A DNA stretch of 62,006 nucleotides, counting the filler. It is 8 parts of 8 records of this genome, joined end to end, with 100 filler letters (N's around TTAATTAATTAA, not from the genome) between each part and the next. Parts side by side here need not be neighbours in the genome. Positions count along the whole stretch, not along the records: positions 1 to 3,385 come from SRR7504441_1767; positions 3,486 to 9,000 come from SRR7504441_1769; positions 9,101 to 16,281 come from SRR7504441_1770; 5 more parts are not named here. One strand, 5' to 3'. A program made the translations under genes and the position numbers. Numbering within the stretch: the stretch's first letter is position 1; each line of letters starts with the position of its first letter. The notes below the pieces were generated by a model. That model was not told where the DNA came from, did no database searches, and saw nothing but the letters and a program-made list of their open reading frames with translations. Below are positions 1 through 12,232 of the stretch, piece after piece.

Positions 1-48
1 GGATTTTTACCTGATTGATCTCGTAACGGCACTCCGTCACAGAGGATC

Positions 49-1249
49 ATGGGAGGCTGCGGATCGACCGAGTCGGACACCAAGAAGAAGAAGGCGCTGG
101 ACGGGGCCGAGGAGCAGGGGCAGGCCAAGCAGGACGATCGGGCCCAGGTGAGCAGCCCCGGGCCGGCTGAGCTGTCTGCAGGAGCTTGTCCCGAGGTGGC
201 GGGTGCTGGAGGACACCCAGTACCTGATCACAGACGGGGTGGTGTACCAAGGCGAAGGCTACTTTGCCAAGTCTGAGACAGGCGGGCTCGACCAAGGTGC
301 CCCGAGCCGGGCCGACTTGGGCCGACTGGGCGCCTAGACCACCCCAAGGCCGGCGACGTGCTGACGGGGTTCCGCAAGTACCGCGAGTCCGACGGCGACA
401 CGGTCCGGTGCCACAACAGTCTGCACGTGGCGTGTGCGCACTTGGTGCTATTAATAACGCTGGGCGCTCAGGCTTGGCAGGAGGAGCTGCCGCTCACGTG
501 CCGAGTCCGTTGCACTAAGTCGGCTTTGCTCAAGCACAGTGCGCCCGATACCAGTGCTGCTATCAAAGAAGGGGCCCCGATGGAGCCGGGAGCGGAGGTC
601 ACTGGGCTGATAGTGACCACTCGCTACCACTCGACCACCCGCGACGTGGACACAAAGCAGAATTACCTCAAGGTGCTGCCTGGGGCTCCATACCGTGGCC
701 GATCGAGTGGCAGGTGGAGGACTCGGATGGGTGCTTCTATCTGCCGATCTTTGAGCAGATTGGGTTTGGCCGGACTCAGCAAACCTTGAGCGAGGTTGGC
801 TCTCAGCTGAGGCTGCTGAGTTCATGTTTGCACAGATCGTGAGCGAGGAATTGGAGAAACAGCTCAAAATTTCAAAGGAGAGAGCCCCAACTGCTATGGA
901 CGTCCAGAAGAAGAAGTCAAAGGCGGATGCCCAGGGTGGCTTTGCGAGACTAGGTCAGTGCTTGGGGCCAGCCTGGCAGTGATCTGCGAGTGCAGGTGAC
1001 GCGTTTACCAACGCAGCCAAAAGCGCACGTGGCGATGGCGCAGCGTTCAACAACCAGAACTTTGCACCGGAGAGCTCCAAGAAGCCATGGGACAGAGACG
1101 AGCCCGCCCCAGCAGCCGCCCCAGCAGCCGCCCCAGCAGACTCAGATCCAGGCGCAAAGCTCAAATCCCTCAAGAAGATGCTTGACGATGGCTTGATCAG
1201 CCAAGCTGACTATGACAAGAAGAAGGATGCAATCCTTGCAGAGATGTGA
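49..1249 (+). CDS. Multi-intron gene: acylation-type N-terminus (MGGCGS), SH3-like segment(s), C-terminal SHOCT domain
   Basis: Splicing GT-AG introns (e.g. 148-181) gives a last exon ending AKLKSLKKMLDDGLISQADYDKKKDAILAEM*, a SHOCT-like pattern; middle exons uncertain. Confidence 0.65.
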
Positions 1250-1343
1250 TTCATTCAAATGATTGTTTCAGCCCTCTTGCGAGTACGAGTACGTACAAAC
1301 TTGTGCGGTTGCAATGACTATGTAGTCGTGGCATTAAAGAGCT

Positions 1344-1409
1344 TTGCATTAGCCATGCATTTACCTAACATGCACCTTGCATTAGCCTTGCATTCGCCTT
1401 GCATTATCG
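1344..1409. repeat. Degenerate ~11-bp minisatellite (TTGCATTAGCC-like) in a convergent spacer
   Basis: ttgcattagcc / atgcatttacc / ttgcattagcc / ttgcattcgcc / ttgcattatcg. Confidence 0.6.
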
Positions 1410-1503
1410 AGACCAGAATACCTCGAGCTCGTGCCCGAGAAGCGCATTGTATAAATTGTACTTTGTATTAACTAGTACCATAGCAAGTTTTGTTGTTCAA
1501 CAT

Positions 1504-2913
1504 CTAGTTCAAGATTCCGTGCTCACGATCATGCTCATCTGAATCGATCGCGATAGTTTTGGTATCATCGTCGTTGTCGTCAACTCCGGCACTCAGCTCC
1601 AACTGCACGAATCCATCAACATTGTCGTCATGAGGCCTTAGAGTCTCCTTGACAGTAACCAATAACCACAGCACCCCGAACAGCCCGATTCCACAGGACG
1701 CCAAGGCATTGGATCGCGACGACACAGCCTCGCTCAGCACTCCTGTCACCAGCGGTCCAAGGATGTCCCCCAGGCCTGTTATAGTCCTGTACACCCCGAG
1801 GAACGCGCCCCGCTGGTCGGACGGAGCGTTGTCGGCTCCCAGCGTCATCACCAGCCCTGCGCTGAGCCCGTTCCCGGAGCCTAGCACAGCCGACGCCATC
1901 CCGAGCGAGCCAAAGGTCATACACCAAGGCAGCAGCCCGAACCCTATCGCGATGGTCGCACACGCTATCGATCCATTCCACTTCCTCCCGCAGTGATCCA
2001 TCAACAGCCCCGAGCCCGGGAAGAGCGCCGCATCCGCCCCCGTCATGATCGCCCCAAGGTACCCTATCTGGGCCGGGCTCATCTTCTGCTCGGCGGCCTG
2101 CAGCGGCACTGCCAGGTCTTTGGCCCGTCGGAGCAGCCCCAGCACCAGGCAGAAGCCGCCCGTTGTGAGCAGCACCCGCCAGTGCTCGCGCAGCACTTGC
2201 CACGGCCGCGCGACCTCCCCCGGCTGCTCGGCCGAGCCCACAGGCGAGACCCGTTCAAACGCGGCGGCCCCGGCGGCTAGCAGTGCTATGCCTGCAACAA
2301 GCCACATCGCCGGGCGGACCGAGCCGCCGTCGGCCACCCAGCCCCCGAGCAGCGGCCCCACCGCCCCGGCCACCCGGCACACCCCTCCCAACAGCGCTAT
2401 CGCGGTCCCCCGCCGCTCGGTCGGCACCCGCGCGGCCAGCGAGGTCTGCCGCGACAGCAAGAACAGGGCCAGCGCCCCGCCGGCCAGCAGCCGCCCGGCC
2501 AGCAACACCCCGATGTGTGGCGCCACCGCCGAGAGGCCGGAAGCGGCGGCGTAGGCCAGCATGCCGCCCATGGCGGTGGACCTGGCGCCGTAGCGAGCCA
2601 CGAGCAGCCCGGCGGGCAGCGAGCCTACCACCTGCCCGAACCCGTCCGTCGCGATGGCCAGCCCGGCAAGCGAGGGGCCGGCGGCCAGCTGGGTGGTGGC
2701 GAGCAGCGGGAGGGCCACCATCTCGATCCCCTTGATCAGCCCGAGCAGCCCGCCCGGAAGGTAGACAGGGAGCACCAGGCTGGACAGCCCGAACTGCTCG
2801 CCACCGGGCTCCTCGTCCACCAGCGCCTTCTCCTCGGCCACCGGGGCGGGCACTGGGTCGGCCGGCCGGGCACCCTGCTGCGGGCCAGGCAGTGCCGCAA
2901 CCAGCAGCCACAT
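1504..2913 (-). CDS. MFS transporter, intronless
   Basis: About 12 hydrophobic helices; motif-A-like GLLVARYGAR and GLLMDHCGRK; first ATG at 2913. Confidence 0.9.
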   Translation of the reverse strand: MWLLVAALPGPQQGARPADPVPAPVAEEKALVDEEPGGEQFGLSSLVLPVYLPGGLLGLIKGIEMVALPLLATTQLAAGPSLAGLAIATDGFGQVVGSLPAGLLVARYGARSTAMGGMLAYAAASGLSAVAPHIGVLLAGRLLAGGALALFLLSRQTSLAARVPTERRGTAIALLGGVCRVAGAVGPLLGGWVADGGSVRPAMWLVAGIALLAAGAAAFERVSPVGSAEQPGEVARPWQVLREHWRVLLTTGGFCLVLGLLRRAKDLAVPLQAAEQKMSPAQIGYLGAIMTGADAALFPGSGLLMDHCGRKWNGSIACATIAIGFGLLPWCMTFGSLGMASAVLGSGNGLSAGLVMTLGADNAPSDQRGAFLGVYRTITGLGDILGPLVTGVLSEAVSSRSNALASCGIGLFGVLWLLVTVKETLRPHDDNVDGFVQLELSAGVDDNDDDTKTIAIDSDEHDREHGILN

Positions 2914-2952
2914 GTGCTGCCGTGGTGGACCGCCGAACCGTTCTACGGAATT

Positions 2953-3195
2953 ATGACGGCAGCCAGATCGGAGAGACTGATGGAGGAGGCCGGCGTGTAC
3001 CGGCTGGAGAATCAGCTGGGGCTCTCGCTCAGCTTGGCGGTGGAGCCGCTGCCCTCCGGCGAGCTGCTGCTCGGCCGCGCGGACCGAGCGCACCCGGGGC
3101 ACCTCCGGCCGAGCGGCGAGCGGCTGGACATGGCGGCTGGCCGGGGCCTCTGGGAGCGGGATACCCGGTCAAGCAAGCTCATTTATTTTCAATAG
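2953..3195 (+). CDS. Small hypothetical protein (~80 aa) divergent from the MFS gene
   Basis: ATG ORF with GC-rich codons ending at an AT-rich spacer; CCGTT at 2938-2942. Confidence 0.4.
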   Translation: MTAARSERLMEEAGVYRLENQLGLSLSLAVEPLPSGELLLGRADRAHPGHLRPSGERLDMAAGRGLWERDTRSSKLIYFQ

Positions 3196-3385
3196 CGTTG
3201 CGCAATCTGGGAGCGCGATAGCTTATTTGAAAATACACTCGATACCCGACTCAACGAGCTATCACGCGCACATGGTACTTTAATATCGCTCGCTAGGTGC
3301 TAGGGTCGATGTTACCGAAATGGCCATATACGACGAGAGTGCCCGCGCCTGGGCACCGCGCCTGGGCACCGGCTGGTTCTGGGGC

Positions 3386-3485
3386 NNNNNNNNNNNNNNN
3401 NNNNNNNNNNNNNNNNNNNNNNNNNNNNNTTAATTAATTAANNNNNNNNNNNNNNNNNNNNNNNNNNNNNNNNNNNNNNNNNNNN
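3386..3485. other. Artificial contig linker
   Basis: N-run + TTAATTAATTAA (stops in six frames) + N-run, 100 nt. Confidence 0.98.
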
Positions 3486-3569
3486 CTTACCTCCCCGGCC
3501 TCAGCACCCGGCATTCAGCCATTGAAAATCAACCCATCGGATCCGCCGCCGTTGGAATTATTGAGAAAA

Positions 3570-6500
3570 ATGGGCAAGTGGGGGAAACAGTGGAGTGTGG
3601 TGGCCGGTCTGCTGGCTTGGTGTGTGCTTGCCAGCTCCGAAATGGTGCTGCTTCAAGGTCCACCCCGGCCGACAGGCGGGCCTTCGAGCCTGGGGGCGGC
3701 AGAGGAGCAGCCGGCCGAACGTAGAGGGGACATCAGCGCCGCTCAGCTCCGCTCCGAGGCGGCGGCCGTGTCGGTTCGCAAGGCGCGCCGCGAGCTCCGG
3801 TTGGGGCTGGTCGAGCTGCACGGGGCGTTACGGCTGGCCAAGGGCAACTTCCGGAAGGCCCGGGTGGCGGGTCTCGAGATGGACGAGCATAAGCTTCAGT
3901 TCGACCGCAAACTCAAGCGAGCCGACCGGGCGCGAGATCAGCTCGAGGCGGCCCGTGCAGCGGCGGCCGATGCGAAGGCCAAATTGATCACAGCGGATGG
4001 CAAGCAGGCGATGCTGGTCAGGCGGACCAAGGCGGTGCGGGTCAAGGCGCAAGAGGCTGTCGACGCCACCAAGCTCCATCTAGGCAACAGCTCGAGCCGA
4101 GCCCGAGCCGCGACTAGCGCGGCCGAGGCAGCTGTGCAGCGGGCTACCCTACAGGTAGTAAGAGGCGTCTAGTGGGGACTCAGTCGCTTGCAGGCTACCT
4201 GGGCGGAGAAACAGCGGCTACATGCCAAGATCGCACAAGAGACGGCCGAGATGGAAGCCAGGACAGCCAGCCAGAAGGCAGCCGAAGCGCTGGCCGAGTA
4301 TGGGCTGTCTCAGAATAACGAGCGCGACAATCTTCAGTACTCTATCAGGCAAGCCAGTGAGCAGCTTGAGCACGCCACGACAGCGCGTGCTGACCAGGCG
4401 ACCAAACTGTTTGCAATGTCTCAGGTACGGCCCGCGCACGTTGCTTGTCTGATGGCCTGGGAACAGCGCACCAAGCACTTGAAGGATCTCAAGGCTGCTG
4501 CCACTGCAGGTAATCCAGCTGGCCTGTAGCTAGCTGAAGCTTGAGCTTGCAGAAGTGGACCGGATCACAAAGCTGCAGCAGGGGCGACAGGCCAGCGCCA
4601 CCCAGCTGGTCGCTCGGCTGGCTCGGCAGCTCACGCTGGTGCGGATTATATTGAATGTGCGTCTGATTGGCGGCGCAGGACAATGCGCAACTCAGCAACA
4701 CTGTGAGGGCAGCCACTGTGGCGCAACAGGCAGAACAGAAGCTAAGCGAACAGGAGAAGCGAGCGGCCGACAGGCTTCGACTGGCTCGAGCTAAGCTAGC
4801 TAATAGCCAGGGCAGCCAGATAGGGACGGCCAGGATGCAGAACTCTGTTGAGCTTGAGCGGTACAACCTGAATGTAGCTGAGGCTGACAAGCAGCGGCTC
4901 GCCACTCAGCGCCGGAGCGTCAAGCTAGCGCTGCAGCAGGCCACCAGCGCTCAGATGGCAGCCAAGTCCCAGCTCCGGGCTGCCGAGTCACAGCTGGAGG
5001 CAGCTGAAAAGGCAGTCCAGGCTGCACATGATGCTCGCAAGTCCGGGCTCACTCGAGTAAAGCAGCTGGAGCTGGCGGCGGTGCAGGCCTCGGCGGAAGA
5101 GCATGCAGCGCTAGGCGTACTGGAGAAGGGAGCCGACGAGCTTCGCACAATGAGGCGCAAGCAGATGAGTGAGAAACAGGACAGGCTGCGAGAACAGGAC
5201 AGCCAGGGCAAGGCCGTGATGGCCGCCAGCTCTGCCAAAGCTGCAGCCGCAGCCGCAGCAGCCGTCAACGCAGAGAGCAGCCTGCAGACAGCCAACGCCA
5301 AGCTGCTTGCAGCCCAGAAGCGCCAGGTGCTTGCCAGCAGAGGTGGCGGATGATGGGTGGCGCAGGTAAGCCAGCAAGCCGCCCTGGACGCGGACGCTAA
5401 GAGGGAGAAGCTCAAGCTTGAGCGCGCTGCTGAGAACACCAGCAACCTGGCCAAGGCAGAGGCGGCACATAGGCTCAAACTGAAGCTGGCTGAGCTCAAC
5501 AACCGGATGCAGCAGGCCCGTGAGGGCGCTGGCGAGGCTCGCAACCAGATCAGCGAGGCCGAACAACAGCAGCGGGATGCGGCCAAAGCTACCCGGGCAG
5601 CAGCTGCCAGGGCTGAGCTCGAGCTAAAAAAGGAGCAAGAGCTGGCTCGAAGTGAGCATGAGCGACTCAAGAAGGACTACCAGCGTCAGGTGGGAGCGTT
5701 GCTGGCCAAAGCCGAGAAAGCCGGGGAGGATGCGAGTGCTGGTGGATCGGCTACACAGAAGGCGGTGGCTGCAGCTAAGCTGCAGGTCTATGCTCAACAG
5801 GCACAGGATGAAGCAGCCAAAGCCAAGGAAGCAGTGCACCTGGCAGCACAGTATGCGCAGGTCAGAGAGGAAGCTGCGCAGACCACTGCAGATCAAGCAG
5901 AAGAGGATGCCAAGCAGACCGAGGAACAGGTGCAGATGAGTAAAAATGCTGAGATCCAAGGTGTGAAGCCAATTGCTGCCCTTGCGAGTAACCATGACTG
6001 TGTGGCAGGGGCTCGGATGGCAATCGACACTGCTGGAAAAAGTATCCAAGATGCGCAAGACGCGCAAGCCAAGCTCAGGGCAGATTCAGCTGTTGTGCTC
6101 AAGCAGCAGCTTGCCCGAGTCCAAGACGAGCTGCAGCACCAGACTCAAGAGGCAGCTGTGCAGCAGGCCGAGGCTGCCCACGAAATCGAGCAGGTTGTGA
6201 GAGAGGCAGAAGAGCGACAAAAACTTGCGAGTGATTTAAAAGAGCATGCCGAAGCTGTTCGGAATGAAGCTGAAAAGGAGGCAAGCAAGGCCAAAAGCAG
6301 ATTTGATGCTCAGACGAGGCACAAGCTCAAGACAATCCAGAGGCTGCACGCTAGGGCAATCTTGGTGGAGGAGGAGGCAGCCGAGCAGCTCAAATCCAAA
6401 AAGTCTGATCTGGCCCGTAAGGTTACTTCAGCCAGGAACCTAGCTCTCCGGCAGAAAGACCTGCTCCCTGAGCTAATGGATTTTCTGGTTACTGCAAAGT

Positions 6501-9000
6501 CGGAAAAGCTAGCAGCCACACAGCAAGTTGAACAAGCTAAGATTGAGTTCCAGTTCAGGAAGCAAGCCACAGAAGCTGAACAGGCTGAGATGGCACGGCT
6601 GGACAAGTTGAGTAGTGACGCAGCGCTTGCACATCAGAATGCCCAAGACGCGCTCAAATCGATCCGTAACAATGCCAACGCTGCGATGAAGAAGTCTTCT
6701 GGGGCAAGCACTATTATCAGATTAGAGTTCAAGAGAGCACAGAGCCAGCACAAGGCCGTGGCTGCTAGGCTAGCCAAAGCGAGAGAGGCGCTTGCAGTTG
6801 CTGATTCTGCGCGCAAAGAGGCACAGAAGGTTGTCGAAAAATCGGCTTACACAGCAAAGAAAGCAAAGTCTGCTGCTGATGCCCAGAAGCAGAAATCCAG
6901 GATAAGGATTGCTGGAGCCGAAGACAAGGCGAATCAGGCGACTGAAGCCACTGCACGCGCGCAAGCAGGTCTAGATGAGATGCATGAAAAAGAGAAATCG
7001 CTTAAGCAAGATGAGGCCACAGCAAGAGCACAGCTACAGACAGCGCAGACAGCACTTGCCAAGCATGACTCGACGCTACAAGCAAGGCTCTTGAATAAAC
7101 AGAAGCAGGTAGCCGCTGTCGCTGGGTGAAAGCCACTGATTGCCGGTGTTTGCAGGTGCAAGGAGAAGTTTTAGTTGCCGAGAAGAACTGGAGGGCAGCC
7201 GAAAGCCAAGAAACCGCTGCTGTGGGGCAGACCAGCGAAGCTCTATTGAACCAGCAGAAGACTCAGGCCAACCTGAGGTGGGAAAGAAAGAAGGCGGCAG
7301 ACACTCAGCTGGAAGCAAGGGCAAAGATTAGGAGTGCCAAGCATGATCTTGGGATAGCAGTTCAGGCAGTGAAGAGCGAACAGGTTCGGCTGGCTACTCT
7401 GCAGAGAAATGCAGATGCCACGAAAACACGGCTTGGACATGAGGTGAGACAATTTGTGGATCGTGCTGATGATGTGAGCAGGTGGAGCAAGCTGACAGTA
7501 CTTATCGAAAGCTATCAGCCCAGGCAGACAAGGCCCAGGATCAAGTAGCTAAGGCCAATAGTAAGTGGCTCAAGGCATCAAGCGACGACCGCCAGGCAGA
7601 AGAAGGTGTCAAGGAGGCAAAGGGAAGGGTATCGCAGTATAGAACTGCGTTGCGGTCCCAGGAGGAAGAGGTCGCCGAGGCGCGAGGCCAGCTGCAGGAG
7701 GTTCGTGTCGAATCCGAAGAATTGAGGAAAGAGAAGGCAAGCCTATTGCTGGCCAGCTCAGCTAATGGGCTTTACAGGCCAACAAGCAGGTCAAGGAAGC
7801 CAAACTGGAGGAACATAATGTAGTGCAGGGTCGTGACAAGATGATCAAAGCTGCGAATCATGCAGAGGAAGAATTGCCCAGCATGCTGATGAAGACCAAG
7901 CACCAAAAGCGGGAAGCTCTCAAGACCGCGTATGCCGAGTACAAGGGTAGACTGAGTGGTGTTACAGGCCGGTGTGTAGCCTCTATCCACAGCAAGGCCA
8001 CTGATATGCATGTAGGTCTGATGAGATCAAGGCAATAGCGAGCAAGGGAGTCGAGCTGGCCAGGTCCCGCCAAATTCAAGCCGAGGTGGATCAGGAGAAG
8101 GCCCAACAGGAGGAAGCACGTAGCTCGAAATCAGCCGACCGGCAGATTGGGTTTGACATGCAGAGTTCGCATTCATCAATAGGTCTGGCTAAGCGGCGCA
8201 CCCAAGTTGCTCACAACAAAACAGTGTCACTAAAGCAGGAGGCAATCAAACAACAGGAGCATATGCGACTGGTCGAGAAGGCTGCTGCACAAGTCGCGGG
8301 GGAGAAAGATTCAGCCCAAGCAGAGGAAGGGGCTGCACAGGCTGAGCTCATCGCATCTGAGACTGCGCAAACTAACGCTGTCCAAAACGGTAAGAGGAGC
8401 GTGGTGATGGCACAGCACTACCTGGACCATTCACATGCAGAGTTGGCACACCTCGCAAAACAGCTCCGGTCGTTGGAACCAGGAGTTAGGGCTGCAGCAC
8501 ATGAGGCAACAAAGGCCAAGGAGCATTCAGCACAGGTAGGGCTCACTACAAGCGAGAGTATGCTTAAATTTCGATACGAAAATGATGCAGCTCATGCACG
8601 GGCTGATGAAGCCAACCAGCAGGCGCGGGATGCAGCCAACGCTCGAGAGGAACAGGCTGAGGTGGAATTGGCCGCGGTGCAACAGAAGTCAGAAGTACGA
8701 CTCACTGTTGCACAGAATGCTGCAGCAGAAGCCACCGGCACTGCTCAGGAAGACGCTGATGTGAAGATTCGGGATGCGCAGAATTCCGCGCTGCTTCAGA
8801 TTCAGCGCGCAAAGCAGGAGCAGGAGCGTGCACTGTCTCGTTGGGAACAGGCAAGGAGAAAGGTAGAGGATGCAAAAGCACTCCGAGCTGATGCAAGGAT
8901 GAAGAAGGGTGAGTTGGAGATGGAGGGCAAGAAGCACAGCAATGACATCCTCAGGCTAAAGAAACAGATGGCGGTGGATGAAAAGCAAAGGAAAAGCGAA
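3570..9000 (+). CDS. Giant Ala/Gln/Glu/Lys-rich coiled-coil protein with N-terminal signal/TM segment; 3' end cut by the contig
   Basis: MGKWGKQWSVVAGLLAWCVLASSE start; successive ORFs joined by about 10 introns of 38-48 nt (e.g. GC-AG 7737-7777). Confidence 0.8.
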
Positions 9001-9100
9001 NNNNNNNNNNNNNNNNNNNNNNNNNNNNNNNNNNNNNNNNNNNNTTAATTAATTAANNNNNNNNNNNNNNNNNNNNNNNNNNNNNNNNNNNNNNNNNNNN
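9001..9100. other. Artificial contig linker
   Basis: N/TTAATTAATTAA/N. Confidence 0.98.
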
Positions 9101-9482
9101 TTACCAGCGAGACAGCCTTCCTATGCCATAGGATCGGTGAGATACTTGTATTGGCCTGTAGTTCTTCGGCCTTCGGGAGATGAACAGATCCTCTTTTGTG
9201 GCCAGCAGAGATCATGCATGTCTTCCAGACACTCGTATACCGTATAGTTCGAAGGCGCAACGTCGACGCCCCGCTAGACCCCCCGTTGCAGGCTGCGACC
9301 TGAGTTCAAGCTACTACAACCCCCAACACTAGTACTGTACGGTACAGTGTTACGAATTCGACCGGTGATGAATTATGTTCCAACCATGCTGAATAATGAT
9401 TGAAGCTCTCTAGTCTACGTCTATATCATCAATCTAATCCGCGGCGCCACAGCCCCGCCCCCCTCTCGCGCGCCGGCTGCGC

Positions 9483-9817
9483 TCACGGCGACCGCCAACC
9501 GTCTGCCAGCTCGTCGCCCCCCGTTGGCCCTGGCTCGGCCTTGGCCTTCTCCGCCGCCAACTTCCTATCCACGCTGCACCCGCTCAGCCCAAGCACCGGC
9601 GCAGTCCGCACCTAGCCTTGTCCTTGACCCCACGGTACTTGAAGTCCTCCGCCCGCTTCTCGGCGGCGGCGGCGCAGGCGTCCCTTGTGGCCTGGTCCAC
9701 CGGCTGGCTGGGCGGCTTGCGGCCGCCCATCAGAGAGTAGCTCCGGTCTGCCCCGGCCGAGTCGCTGTCGTCGTCGCAGCAGCAGCACACCCGCCGCACA
9801 AACTTGCCAAACCCCAT
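9483..9817 (-). CDS. SVIP-like small VCP/p97-interacting protein, one intron
   Basis: MG start, CCCC cluster, VIM-like RDACAAAAEKR, then RGVKD; spliced end ...ADGWRSP*. Confidence 0.65.
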
Positions 9818-9918
9818 CCGGGGACGGCTCTCCAGGCACCGAGGCACCGGCACCCACGAGCTGTCCGTTGGCGGGTAACGGCACCGGGCGAGAGCACTCC
9901 ACTTGAGCACAGGGCGAC

Positions 9919-11568
9919 ATGTCGGGCCCCAACTCGCCCCGGAACGCCAACCTGAACCTGCTCCAGGCGGCCCGGTCGGCGATCTTCTCGGAGGAGTACA
10001 ACCAGCGGGTCGAGACGATGCATGTGCTCTCGGGCGAGATGTCTCCGCGGGTGGTGGAGGCCCGGGAGGTGGGCGGCGACAAGGGCATCGGGTTCTGGGG
10101 CGGGTTCTGCCTGATCCTGAACAACATCACCGGGCCGGGCATGGTCAGCCTGGTTGGGATCTACACTGACTGCGGCTGGCTTGTGGCCACAGGCTTGATG
10201 TGCCTATTCGGGGTCTTCGCCGGTCTTTCGTGCGGGTTTCTGTGCGACGCTATGACCTGCATCCGGGGGAACGAGCACTTTGAGGAGCGGGTGGAGATGA
10301 TGTATCTGGCCGAGAAGCTGCTCCACAAGTACACCTACTGGCTAGCCATCACCGCCTTCATCTTCAACCTGATGGTCACCCTGGTCTCCTCGATCGTCGA
10401 ATCGGCACAAACTATGGACCGCACTTTCATCACGCTGTTCGGCAAATCATGCGCGCTCGAGTTCGGGCCGCACCCCGGATTCCTCTGCGTGGCCGACGCC
10501 GGCGGCGGGTTTACCGACTCTGCGTTTGGCTCAGAGGCCTACGTGCTTTCTCTGGGGTTTGTGTTTGTCGCGTGCATGGCAATCCCGTTGGGATACTTCA
10601 ACGTGGAGGACAATATTTATATCCAGATGTTCTCGGCCGGCGCCTTGTTCCTGTACATTTGCATGGCGTGGCTGCTGGAGTTCGGGAAAGATGGTCTCCA
10701 CTTCGACACTGTTCCCGCAGTTGGTAAGAACATCCCCGGCCAAGTGGGCAATTTGCTCTTCAACTACGCGTACGTGGTCACCATTCCCTCCTGGGTTAAC
10801 GAAAAGGCCGCCGGCGTGAGCGTCCAGCGCGGGCTCTGGCTGCCGCTCCCCTTTGGGGTGCTCTCGTTCATCCTCCTCGGATGGTTTGGAGCAGCGGCGC
10901 TCGGGCCGGTCGATGACCTGCTGTCCAAGCTGTCGACCAAGTCCACCGGGATCGCGGCCCGGGTGGCCACTTACATGTTCCCCCCGATCGTGCTTGTGTC
11001 GAGTATCCCGATCTTTTCAATTATCATCAAATACAATCTCGAGGAGAACAAGGTGTTCGGGAAGCGCATGAGCGAGGCCGTTGCCATCCTGATGCCGTGG
11101 GCGGTGGCGCTGGTCATGTGCGCCGGCAGCCTGCTAGATCACTTCAACACCTGGGGCAGCCTTCTGACGGCCGCTCCGCTAAACTTCATGCTCCCCTGCT
11201 ACCTGTTCTACCTCGCTCACTGCAAGCGCGCCAACTGCCTGCTCAACCTGGAGCCGCTCCCCGACAGCGCCTTCGCGGCCGGCACCGGCCCATCTGGCGA
11301 GTTGTCTCCACGGGACGTGCTCAAGCTTGCAGCGCAACGGGTCGCTGAGGCGGAAGAGGCAGAGGAAGACAAGAGTGACCCGTTGATGGGTGGCGCGCTG
11401 GACATGGACGAGCTGGGCGGGATGAAGGACGAGGAGCAGAAGGAGATGTACGTGGCGCTGCCCTGCCTGCACACTAGGCACTCGCTGTACACTGCCGGCG
11501 TGGTGTTCGTCGTCTCTGGAGCCATCAACCTGTTCGCGATTGGATGGCAGCTGGTACACCCCGGCTAA
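9919..11568 (+). CDS. Amino-acid transporter (Aa_trans/AAAP family), intronless
   Basis: 549 aa, about 11 TM; TM1 LNNITGPGMVSL; FNYAYVVTIPSW. Confidence 0.88.
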   Translation: MSGPNSPRNANLNLLQAARSAIFSEEYNQRVETMHVLSGEMSPRVVEAREVGGDKGIGFWGGFCLILNNITGPGMVSLVGIYTDCGWLVATGLMCLFGVFAGLSCGFLCDAMTCIRGNEHFEERVEMMYLAEKLLHKYTYWLAITAFIFNLMVTLVSSIVESAQTMDRTFITLFGKSCALEFGPHPGFLCVADAGGGFTDSAFGSEAYVLSLGFVFVACMAIPLGYFNVEDNIYIQMFSAGALFLYICMAWLLEFGKDGLHFDTVPAVGKNIPGQVGNLLFNYAYVVTIPSWVNEKAAGVSVQRGLWLPLPFGVLSFILLGWFGAAALGPVDDLLSKLSTKSTGIAARVATYMFPPIVLVSSIPIFSIIIKYNLEENKVFGKRMSEAVAILMPWAVALVMCAGSLLDHFNTWGSLLTAAPLNFMLPCYLFYLAHCKRANCLLNLEPLPDSAFAAGTGPSGELSPRDVLKLAAQRVAEAEEAEEDKSDPLMGGALDMDELGGMKDEEQKEMYVALPCLHTRHSLYTAGVVFVVSGAINLFAIGWQLVHPG

Positions 11569-11698
11569 CCCCCCCCCGGCCTGTCAGCCCGAACGGGCTG
11601 AGCTGCGCGGCAGCTGATGGGTTTGTTCCGGCACGGAAGTGTGCTGAACAAGTCTTTTCGAGCACCCGTCATGTATAACTATGTAAGCCATTGAGGCA

Positions 11699-12132
11699 CT
11701 ATAATTGTTCAATTGCTATGATTAAAGCGACTGGGTTAGTCCACACCGCCAGTGCGTTACACCGCGCGCTCAAGTATGGAAGGTCCCGAGGCTGCTTGTT
11801 ACTCCTTGATTACGCTTACCAACAACCACAGCTGCGGCCTATCGACCTGCAGCGCGCAGTGGCGCAAGGAGGCTGCTCCGGGTGCACCACAGGCTGCAGA
11901 CGCGTCCCCGACCCTCGCCCACCGACTGACCTCAGTCGGCCTTCTCCGGGCGCCAGCCCCTCCCCCGTATGGCCACCGCCACAACCGGCAATACAACCAT
12001 AGCCGCAGTGGCCACGGCTACGAATAGCATCACCTGCCAGGGTACGCCCCACCACAGATCCGCGGCCTCCGACCCCCGACCGGGCACCCTCGAGCGAGAA
12101 AAGTGCGGGACGCCGTCCGGCCCGGTGTCCAT
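11699..12132 (-). CDS. Small single-TM hypothetical protein (tentative spliced model)
   Basis: ATG 12132, intron, then hydrophobic VMLFVAVATAAMVVLPVVAVAI; CCGTT at 12159-12163; 3' exons uncertain. Confidence 0.35.
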
Positions 12133-12232
12133 CGGCCACGGAGCCCTGCAGTGAATGTCCGTTGGGTTTGGTCAACACGGTCAGCGTGTGGACGGCTGGG
12201 GCACGGTCAAGGCACGGCCAAGATCGGACGAC

